Shown here in pieces: positions 9,668 through 19,600 of a stretch of DNA of 64,000 nt. The position numbers were made by a program, and so were the translations under genes. The stretch is from positions 1-64,000 of the IMG/VR virus record IMGVR_UViG_3300028591_000139. One strand, written 5' to 3'. The stretch is from a virus (taxonomy: Duplodnaviria; Caudoviricetes). The notes under the pieces were generated by a model that made no database searches, was not told the origin of the DNA, and was given only the letters and a program-made list of their open reading frames with translations. The stretch's first letter is position 1; every line of letters begins with the position of its first letter.

Positions 9668-10867
9668 CTACCCACAAACTAAAGATTTGTGGGCTTCTGA
9701 CTTCATAGCTGACTGCCCTTGAAAGGGCCTTACATCTGCTCCATCAGTGTAATCGACAGTTCCTGCCGATATATTGCTTAATCCTTCTTTAAGAATATTA
9801 ATTGCTGCATTAGCATCTCTGTCAAGTACCTCTCCACAAGAAGGACAAACCCATTGCCTATCCTTCAGTTGCAAGTCTTCTTTAACCCAACCACAGCAAT
9901 GACAAGTTTTTGAAGATGGGTAGTATCTTCCTATCTTCACTACTTGTTTGTCATTCATAACTGCTTTATATGTAAGCATTGAAAGGAATGCTCCCCAACT
10001 TGCATCAGATATTGACTGAGCAAGTCTATGGTTTCTTTGCATCCCCTTAACATTTAAGTCTTCACAACAAATTACATCATAGTTTCTTATTAAGTCAGTG
10101 CTAATCTTATGTAGTTTGTCAAACCTACAGTTATGAATTTTCTCTTGTATTCTTGCAACCTTAATCCTTTGTTTATCCCAAGAATTACTACCTTTCTGCT
10201 TCCTTGACAAATGCTTCTGTGCTTTTGCAAGTTCCTTTGAGTAATGCTTGATGAACTTATTGCTTGAATACCTTTTACCATCACTTGTAATTACCAAGTC
10301 TTTTAGTCCCAAGTCTATACCAACCTTTGCATTGGTTTTCTGTAAAGGTTCATATGCAACTTGTGTAAGTATGGAAACATAATATTTTCCACTTGGGGTG
10401 ACAGAGATTGTCATATTTCTAACATCGCCACCTTTGAATGGTCTGTGCTCTACTATCTTAATTCCACCTTTGAACTTTGGTATGTAAATTCTACCATTTT
10501 CAACAGAACAATGTTGTGGTATATGGAAGCTGCCACCATTCTTCTTTGCCTTGAATCTTGGAAACCTTGCATTACCCCTAAAGAAGTTTGTATATGCAGT
10601 TTCAAGATTTCTAAGTGTGAATTGAAGCGTTTGTGAATTGATTTCCTTTAGCCACAAGTATTCTTCTTGTTTTTTTAGTTTGGTAAGTATGCTTGCTTGC
10701 ACATAGTAATTATCACTTTTACCGCTCTCAGTGTATTGCTGTTTTCTTTCAGCAAGAAAGTGATTATAGACAAAGCGAACCGACCCAAAATATTTTGCAA
10801 GAATCTGTTCTTGCTCCTTATTTGGGTACATCCTGTATTTATATGTCTTTAAAATCACTTTCATCAT
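9668..10867 (-). CDS. tnpB: TnpB RNA-guided nuclease
   Basis: HTH YKYRMYPNKEQ; RuvC GIDLGLK, CEDLNV, DRDANAAINI (D-E-D intact); zinc finger CHCCG..CPSC. Confidence 0.95.
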   Translation of the reverse strand: MMKVILKTYKYRMYPNKEQEQILAKYFGSVRFVYNHFLAERKQQYTESGKSDNYYVQASILTKLKKQEEYLWLKEINSQTLQFTLRNLETAYTNFFRGNARFPRFKAKKNGGSFHIPQHCSVENGRIYIPKFKGGIKIVEHRPFKGGDVRNMTISVTPSGKYYVSILTQVAYEPLQKTNAKVGIDLGLKDLVITSDGKRYSSNKFIKHYSKELAKAQKHLSRKQKGSNSWDKQRIKVARIQEKIHNCRFDKLHKISTDLIRNYDVICCEDLNVKGMQRNHRLAQSISDASWGAFLSMLTYKAVMNDKQVVKIGRYYPSSKTCHCCGWVKEDLQLKDRQWVCPSCGEVLDRDANAAINILKEGLSNISAGTVDYTDGADVRPFQGQSAMKSEAHKSLVCG

Positions 10868-10951
10868 TTAAAATATAGTTAAAAACTAATCACTTTTCAA
10901 TATTAAATATCAAATATTTTACAAAAAGTTACTATTTTTGTAAAAAATATT

Positions 10952-11356
10952 TTGATTATGGGTTATTTTTCTAAAAATAGGCACAAATTTTACCTAAAAT
11001 GTCACTTGATATTTGTATGTAAATACAGAAAACAACTACTTGTTTCTGATATTAGAGAATGTGTACTTTCTGCATTCAAAGAAATTGAATCTAAGTGTGA
11101 TTTTGAAATTGAGATAATGGAAACAGACAAAGACCATATACATCTTCTTATTAACTATCCTCCAAATGTAACTGTCACTTCAATTGTTAGAATATTGAAA
11201 CAAGTAAGCACAAACAGATTATGGAAAGAGTTTCAACCAATATTAAGAAAACACTTTTGGAAAGAGCATAGTTTTTGGTCTGATGGATATTTTGTGTGTT
11301 CCATTGGTGAAGCAAGTCCTGATGCAATCAGAAAGTACATTGAGAATCAAGGTTAA
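10952..11356 (+). CDS. tnpA: IS200-type Y1 transposase TnpA
   Basis: HLIFVCKYRK, HUH motif DHIHLL, FWSDGYF, YIENQ. Confidence 0.95.
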   Translation: MIMGYFSKNRHKFYLKCHLIFVCKYRKQLLVSDIRECVLSAFKEIESKCDFEIEIMETDKDHIHLLINYPPNVTVTSIVRILKQVSTNRLWKEFQPILRKHFWKEHSFWSDGYFVCSIGEASPDAIRKYIENQG

Positions 11357-11469
11357 TGCAATTCATCCCATTAACTAAAGATTAATGGGTTTTCTTGCAT
11401 TGGTTTTATAAAAAAATGAGTGAACTTTTTTTTGTTCACTCATTTCATAAAGAAAAAATTATTACTAAT

Positions 11470-12300
11470 TTATTGCAGATTAAAAATCTTCTTTATATCT
11501 TGCTCCAGGGAATCATCGATATTGAAACTGTCTGCTATTTCTCTTTCATTAAAATCATCAACGTCACTATTTGTTATCACGTATTCCTGCGATGTTGGCT
11601 CATCATTATCTGTATATGCTGAATAATTGCTTGTTTCTGATTTTTTATCCCAATAATCTGTTGGTTTTTCAACGAATGGGTATGAGTCTAATGAACGAAG
11701 ATTAAGCTTTTCAGTTTGTGTTGGATTTCTTTTTTCAAACTCTGCTTTTAAGTCTTCAATTTGCTGATTATTTTTATCAAACATGCCTTGAAGCGTTTCA
11801 ACTGCTCCAATTAATTTTTCTATTCTACTATCTACCTTTCCTAGGTCTTTACCTATTGAATTTTCTTTATCATTTAATTTTTCTTGGGCGTCGGTTAAGT
11901 CATCTATGTCAAGAACGTTTTCATCTTCCTTTGGTACTTCTTCATCCATAGAGTCCATCATTGGGTCTGGAGCTCCCATGCCATCAGCTGCGGGCGGATT
12001 GTCACCTGCCATTGGGTCTTCTTGGCCATTTTGAGGGGCGCCAGGCATCATATCTGGAGCGCCTTGGTCTGCCATGCCACCACCCATTGGATTTGCATCT
12101 TGAGCGCCTCCATTTTGATTCTGAGGTCCATCAGGTACTGGCTCTCCCATTTGGTCAACACCTGGCATGTTTTGATTTTGCTGATTTGGGTCATCGTCTG
12201 CTTCTTCTATTGGGTAGCCGAAAGATTCCCCTATTGCCCGCATGAATTTCATATGTGCCTCGAATAGGTTATTTTCTTTTAAGTATTTATAATCAGCCAT
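11470..12300 (-). CDS. Acidic low-complexity protein, possible prohead core/scaffold
   Basis: D/E/P/G/M-rich middle, coiled-coil C-terminal half, (L/I)xE motifs. Confidence 0.35.
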   Translation of the reverse strand: MADYKYLKENNLFEAHMKFMRAIGESFGYPIEEADDDPNQQNQNMPGVDQMGEPVPDGPQNQNGGAQDANPMGGGMADQGAPDMMPGAPQNGQEDPMAGDNPPAADGMGAPDPMMDSMDEEVPKEDENVLDIDDLTDAQEKLNDKENSIGKDLGKVDSRIEKLIGAVETLQGMFDKNNQQIEDLKAEFEKRNPTQTEKLNLRSLDSYPFVEKPTDYWDKKSETSNYSAYTDNDEPTSQEYVITNSDVDDFNEREIADSFNIDDSLEQDIKKIFNLQ

Positions 12301-12326
12301 ATTTTAACTTTGTGTTTTTTTTTTAA

Positions 12327-12572
12327 TTAATCAACCAAAAGTTGTTTATTATCTTCTGTTAAAATTGTTTTTGAACTTTCTGTTCTTTCTATTAAACCCT
12401 TATCTTTTTTAATTTTCTTAACTACTGGTTGAGGGTTATCATTTAATATTGTTTCAACCATTGATATTTTATCTTTATGCATAACTTCTTTTTTTTCTAT
12501 TTTGCTATTATTTTTTTCTGCCACTTTCTTTTGTGGCTTTATTTCTTGATTATGTTTTATAATAAATGCCAT
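12327..12572 (-). CDS. Hypothetical protein
   Basis: 81-aa ORF in the operon, preceded by a TATTTAT motif. Confidence 0.55.
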   Translation of the reverse strand: MAFIIKHNQEIKPQKKVAEKNNSKIEKKEVMHKDKISMVETILNDNPQPVVKKIKKDKGLIERTESSKTILTEDNKQLLVD

Positions 12573-12601
12573 AAATATAATATTTTATAAATAAATATCA
12601 T

Positions 12602-13012
12602 TTATTGTAAAAAAATATTTTTATTTTCTATTTTTTCTAAATCTTTAATGCTTAAAACACCGCTTGACAGTATAATAAGTTTATTTTCATAAGACCCCCA
12701 ATCTATTTCCACCTCATTATGCGGTTTTGTGCTATCATAATCGCTTTGGCTTTCAATCAATCTATTGATGGCGTTAATTGAAAAGAGGCATTTATTTTTA
12801 ACGTGAAGAACTGCTGAACCGGGTAAATCTTTAATTATTTCATCCTTATTAAATGTTCTAAATGTGACCAAATATTCTTTACTATTTGAACTTACATTAT
12901 AGACATAGATTTTATCCATGTTTAATTTGAATTTATTTTTCAACCCTTCTAAAAACGTTAATATTAATTCTTTTTTAACAAACGTACCAATTATTACTCC
13001 ATTTTTTGACAT
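12602..13012 (-). CDS. Hypothetical protein
   Basis: 136-aa ORF co-oriented in the operon. Confidence 0.6.
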   Translation of the reverse strand: MSKNGVIIGTFVKKELILTFLEGLKNKFKLNMDKIYVYNVSSNSKEYLVTFRTFNKDEIIKDLPGSAVLHVKNKCLFSINAINRLIESQSDYDSTKPHNEVEIDWGSYENKLIILSSGVLSIKDLEKIENKNIFLQ

Positions 13013-13027
13013 AATTTTTTAATAACA

Positions 13028-13621
13028 TTAAATAGACATGAAATATGGAACAGCATATTTTTTATTCCCTATTTCTTTCTTTATTATTTTAATACATTCA
13101 GAAATGTCGGTACAAATAATATTATTTTTATTTGAATAAATTTTTTTAATAATTTTTTCTTTTTTTATACCGATATATTCTAAAATTATTAATGATATTC
13201 CCAGTATATTATTTTTATTATATAATAAATATATCATGTCATTACTAATATAAATATATTTATTATTATTAGAAAATAAAATATTATATAATATTTTTAT
13301 TTTATTATATTTTAAATTTAATATATTAATATAATAATAATTTATATTATATATAATATTATTAATAATATAATTATAAAAATAAGATAAATCATTCTCA
13401 AAGTCAATACGTCTTTCAGTTTTTTTGAATGTCCAAAATAAATTTCCATTATTTCTCCTATCCAAAATAGAAAAATTTTTAATATATTTTTTGGCCAAAT
13501 CATAGCCAACAATTAATATAGGTTTTGTTGGGTCAGCCAATGAAAAATCATTAACCACCTCAACAAAACCCTTTACATTATTTATTTTTCTATCACTTAC
13601 AATATATCCTAATTTTTGCAT
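13028..13621 (-). CDS. Hypothetical protein with an extremely AT-rich (N/I/Y/K) middle
   Basis: 197-aa ORF with a TATATTTG box at 13641-13648. Confidence 0.6.
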   Translation of the reverse strand: MQKLGYIVSDRKINNVKGFVEVVNDFSLADPTKPILIVGYDLAKKYIKNFSILDRRNNGNLFWTFKKTERRIDFENDLSYFYNYIINNIIYNINYYYINILNLKYNKIKILYNILFSNNNKYIYISNDMIYLLYNKNNILGISLIILEYIGIKKEKIIKKIYSNKNNIICTDISECIKIIKKEIGNKKYAVPYFMSI

Positions 13622-13640
13622 ATTTCAACTAACTTTTTTA

Positions 13641-13648
13641 CAAATATA
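13641..13648 (-). promoter_or_regulatory. Bacteroidota-type -7 promoter box
   Basis: TTTTGTATATTTGT about 20 nt upstream of ATG 13621. Confidence 0.6.
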
Positions 13649-13674
13649 CAAAAAAATATTGAAAAAAAGAAAAA

Positions 13675-16600
13675 TTATGCCACAGGACCAATTTCTCTAC
13701 ATCTCCATATAACAACAAATTTATGAGAACCCATTTTGCATGGAAGCCCACCTTTAGCTGTGTCATGAACGCTACCCCAAGAATATGATTTACCATCACC
13801 TGCATAAATTTCAGCATGGCGTTGATTACCATTATTGTTTTTAGAACAATTGCTTGTATTATTAACAGCAACTATATCCCAAGGCCTCAATTGTGCTTTT
13901 AGCTCGTCTACATTATTAAATGTAAGCATATCAAAGCCTCCATCTTTCATCATTTTTATTCCATTATCTCCTGGATATGCGAAATTACATGAACCCCAAA
14001 CTAAGTTTTTAACTCCATATGCTCTAAGACATGCTGAAACAAAACCTGTACAGTCACGACGTACTTTTCCAACATTTTCTAATGTGCCTGTATATTCAGT
14101 ATCTCCTGAATTATATTCATGTATATTTGTTGCATACCATTGTCCCATGGTTTTCACGATATAAGCCCATTTACTATTATCATTAGAAGAGCTATATGAT
14201 GATAAACCTGCTTCATTAATGGCAGTATAACAATCTTTAAGTTCATAATCTTTGTTATTAAAGATTTTCTTTGCGTTTTCTTCGCTCAATGTGCCATCCG
14301 TATCTGAAACAACCACATTACTGTAACTTTTATATTTTTTTCTAATTACTTTACAGAAATTTTTATTAATATTTCCTCCAACTGAATTTAATTTATCTAC
14401 TACATTTACTTTGTTTAAATCAACAGTAGTATATTTTTCAGCAAGATTAGAAGTGCTTGTTTGATTCACATCTTGTAACATTAATGGAACTTGAGAATTA
14501 ACTTCAGTTTCTCCATTTACACTGATATTTAAGTTTTTATTCAAATCACTTTCAGAAACCATATGTATTTTAAAATATGTACTAGATTCTTTTACTGTGA
14601 CCAAATAAGCAATAGGCTCACTACTTATGTCCATGTTATTTCCAACGACCCATTTTACGCCACTTATGCAATTCCCATATCCATTAACTATTACGTCAAA
14701 TACCTTTGAAAATGTATTATTCGCCGTGGTAGCATTTGTTATATACACAGTATTACCAGAGCTTTTAGATTCATCTATTCCAACTTTAATATTAACAGAA
14801 GATTCCTCACAAGTTCTAGAAAGAGCATTAACAAAGTTGGTAGCAACATCAGAAATGTGTTTATCGCCATTACCTTCTATTTGCATGGGTTGCTCATTTA
14901 ATGGCTTCTGTTCTTCGCTTGCTTGACCTATGTCTTCTGTATATTTTATTCTTTTAAGTCTACTTAACCATCCATTTAAGAATTTTGCTTTATCTGGTTT
15001 ATTTGCTAAATTTCTATAAAACACTTCTCTTGCTTGATATATTTCGCCAAATAATTCTTTTGAATCACGACTATTTATTGCGTTTATGAAATCATCAGTA
15101 GCTACAGCATCATCTTTTAGCCCTAAAATATTATGCTTAACCCTTCTTATTCCAATTCCTGGGCCACTATTAAAGCACCAATCTATTATAATATGTGCAA
15201 TGGAAGTGTTTTTCATTTCGCTTGCTCTAGTTTTCTTCCAGAAATCTTCTATGAAAACTGTCATCCATTGTTCTTCTGTAATATTTTTTAAGTCACTACA
15301 TGTTTTATCTTTTCCAAAATGGCTTCTAAATGTGGCCAAAGTGACGCCCTTATTTGTACACACCTGTCCATCAATATTACCGGCATAGCCTCCCTCAGAA
15401 AACTTAATTTCTGAAATTATATCTTGCATGTTTCTGCTTCCATTTGTAAGGAAGTCATATGAATTAGAAAGCGGATAAACTTTATATGGACAGTCATTAT
15501 CAATACTAGCTATCAAATTTTCAGCAGACGAACTTCCAAGGCCTCCATTTATATCTACAGAGCCTTTTTCATTATTTGGAAATTCTTTGTAAAATCCACT
15601 ATCTTTAGCAATTCTTGTAGATGTATTCGCCATTCTTGTGCCTGTAAACTTTGTAACCATATTACCGGGAGTAATATAATGATGAACCTTTTGTATTAAA
15701 TATGTACCTCTAAACATGGGTACGTTAGTTAAACAAAAATACATCAATGGCTGAACCCATGCACAACCCATCATTGTCACCTCACAAGTATAAGAGTTGT
15801 TTGAATATACAGCATACAAATCTTGTCCATATGTTACTAAATTTGCTTTATCATTAGGGCTTTCTCCTTCAACAGCTTGACTGGCTATTTGATATTGAGC
15901 CTTTATCGATTGCTCTGTAACAACAGGATTATCCATTCCAACTGATATATCTGAAAAATAGCTTTGATACATTTTTCCATATGAAACACCGAATGCTGGA
16001 ATTCTATAACCTTCTGCCATTCCAACACTTTTTGATTTTAATGGTTCTGGCCATTTATTTCTATCATTCCACATCTCATTTATCATAAAGCTATCATTCT
16101 CATATTCAGACCCTTCTATATCAAGGTGGCTCGATGGTTCATTAACATATGAAACAACAAAGTTTGGCGTTGTTTTAGCACTTACAATTTCAGTATATGG
16201 TACAAGATTAAACATAGATTTCATATTTTCTGGTTTTGATAAATCTATGAAATTTTGTAAACATAAGAAATTAAATTTATTATGTGCATAAACATTTGAT
16301 AAAAATGACAATATAGAATATTGGCTATCAGTACTAAAACAACTAATGGCAGTATCTATAAAATGCCCAATATTTATAGGCATAAATCCAACAATATTAT
16401 AGAAAGTATCTATAAAATGGAAATATTTATCATCTCTTTCAAAGAATCTTTCAAATGTCCAATTTTCTTCAAATTCTTCTTTTGACATTCCTGCTAGCCA
16501 TTTGTCATAAAGAAGTTTTAAATATTTGTATATACCAATTTTAATATCATTTGTTGTATTTTCTGGTGGGGCTGCTATATTAGCCAACTTGAAATCTTGT

Positions 16601-19600
16601 CCAACTTTTACTTCATCAATTTTTGATATAAAGCCATCAAAGAAATCAGATAATTCGCTTTTATTTATTATTATCTTACTCTTTTCTTCATTAAAGAAAG
16701 AAGTATTCTTCATGAATAGACAACCGGCTAAAGCAAAATCGACAGCATCCATCACACAATAAGCATTATCCCTATTTCCAAGCCTCATTCCTTTCGTGCC
16801 ATTATATATGCTGCCAATTTCACCGCTATTCCTACTTGAATCTCCGTTATTTGCAGCGTTCCAAGCTTCTATAAAATTATCATATTCCTGTTTTGTAGAA
16901 TGGTCACTACAAATATGGTGAACACACATATAGTTTTCAAAGAATGAATCCGTAAATGTATATCCATATAACTCTAATAGGCTATCATATCCGGCATTAT
17001 TAATCCATCGTTCTCCATCACGTGGATTTCCTAATTTTTGGAAAAAGTCTTCAATACTTTCAAATTTGGATTCTGATTTAATAGTTAGCTCCAATCCAGC
17101 TTTTATCTCATTAAACGACCTAATTGCCGGGCATCCATCAAGCCCATCAGTTACCCAAGTCATGAACACGTCCATTAACCTTGTTTGGACTTGTTCTGAT
17201 AAATTGCTTATCCTTAATCCTATATTTCTATATTCTCCTAAATCTATATTCCAAAATGCATCTTTGTTTCTATTATAATAGATAATGCCGCCAAAAAACA
17301 TTACTGAAGCTAAAGGTATAACAAAAGCAGGTACAAATTCATTACAAATATAGTCTCTACTTATTTCGTTATAATTATAAACATCGCCTAAAGAACAAAG
17401 GAACAAGAATGCTTTAGCGTAATCTGTTTTTTGCTTATAATATAATAATTCACCAAATAATGAAACATTTTTTAATACTTCACATCTATTATTTACGCCA
17501 TAAAATTCAGTAATAGTTATATTGCTATCATTTAAATGTTTATAGAAATAGCTTGATGCACTGCCGCTCATAGAAATCCTTCTAACTTCAGGTCCATGTT
17601 CTTCTCCGCCTTCAGATGACATGCTTTTATCATAATACCAATTTCTACTAACTCCTCCAAATCCATTTACGCCAAGACCGGGTTCATCATCATTAAATCT
17701 ATCCATATCATATCCAAACCCAATGATTTTATTAAGAGAAATTCCTTTTTCATTTTCAGATAATCTTTTAGCTAAAGATGACGATAATGGTAATAAACCT
17801 GAATTTTTAGTTAATTCTATTTTATCTGGTTTTTCTATAATAAATGATAAACGTGAATATAAAAAATCGCCAACAAGTCCATTAATACATTTTTCTCTAT
17901 ATTCATCTTCGTCATAATCTATTTTATTTTCCAAATGTGAAGTAAAATGATTCCATATTTTTTCTAGACCGGATATATCACTGTGCCCTTCAAATTGATT
18001 TTTACATATCATACCTATGCGTTGTATATTGGTATCAACTGTAAAAATATTTTTCTTGGCAAAAGAAGATACTGATGAAGAATTGACATAATCTTCTGAC
18101 CCCATTGAGATATTACTGTCAACAGAGTCATTTGAGAACATATTCCACGATAAATTCTGATAAGGGAAAACCGTCAAATCTATTTCAAACGAATCCCCAT
18201 TATCATTAATGCCTGGGAATGAAGACTCATTTGCAGCCCTTTCATAATCTTCACTTTTTCCCACGGTATTGAAAATGGTTACAATATTTCCATCTACTAT
18301 TTTATCATTTTCATTGTTAAATTCCCAAGGCCAATGTCCATTAGTTGGCTTATGTATTGTATCTGATTCCTCTCCATTCAACATACTAAGGAAATCAAGT
18401 GAATTTACACTTTTAAGCCTTTGTGTCATTTCACCAGGTATGCTACCAACTGAATCAATATAATTTAATAATTCAATTGCGCCTAAATCTTTTGCATAAT
18501 CTGTAGTAAAATCAAATGATGAAATATATAATATTTGTATTGCTCTTAATGCAACAAGGCCTAACACTGATGAAATCTCATTAGTGTCATGCTCACCATA
18601 AGGTTTAGCGCTAGCTATTAAATCAAGACTTGACAATGGGTATGGCATCTTTGTAGTTACAGCGCCATTAGACATTAACTGTGTTAAGCTTTCTTCATCA
18701 TGTATTTCTTTTGTTTCACCAGAAGTATTCCAAGCCCTAGCAACCTCATTAACGCCATTTATTAATCCATGAACCAATTCAACCTCCAAAAATTCAGGAC
18801 TATGGTATTCTCCAACCCATGTTTCTTCTCTTATGTATTGTCCATTGTGGTTGTTGACCTTTGTGACTTTTGGAAACGGCGGCACATACGACTCTTTTAT
18901 ATTTGTTGGGACGTCACTAATATCATCTGGATTAACAACATTTAATGATTGTAATGTTCTTCTTGGATTTTTATTAGAAATATCATATCCTGTTTTAAAT
19001 ATTAAATAAGCAAGTGTCTCAAAATGCGCCATGACTATTTTTGTCATATTTTCAACACCAGTTTTCCACCCCAAATATCTTTCAACAGCAGAAGATTTTA
19101 TCTTTTCAATATCTTCTAATAATTCTTTTTCAGATTTGGTCTCAAGGCTCATTATTTCTGAAATAACATTAGCAACTGGGGTATAGAAGACATATCCTGC
19201 TTGATAGCCTCCATTTCCATCAGAATCACATAAATATTCATTTATTTCAGCCTCATTGTTTTTCGCTATATAGCTTTCTATATTGCGTTTTATAATATCT
19301 GGTATTATATTTTCTTTACCGTTCCAATCAATATATGCTTTTCCTTCTTGGTTTCTATTTGGCCTAATATAGATTGATGGCAGAATAACAGAATCTGTAT
19401 CGCCTTCTCTTTTTATACTACCTCCCCATTTATTTCCCCATGTAGAATCTGGTGTGGAAAGGTCAGAAAGTGCCATAATTCTATTTCCCATTGCCCACCA
19501 ACTACTTTTATCTTTGGGGGCATCTATTTTTCTATATCTTGCTGACCTACTATTATATTCATCAATTGCGTCTATTAGTGCTGATAAAGCCTGATTAGCA

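Larger units (their letters stand above)
9663..11407 (-). mobile_element. IS200/IS605-family element (IS605 group, divergent tnpA and tnpB)
   Basis: Subterminal hairpins CCCACAAA-CTAAAGA-TTTGTGGG (~9671-9693) and CCCATTAA-CTAAAGA-TTAATGGG (~11368-11390); right end TTCAC at 9663; left end preceded by TTTAT. Confidence 0.85.
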
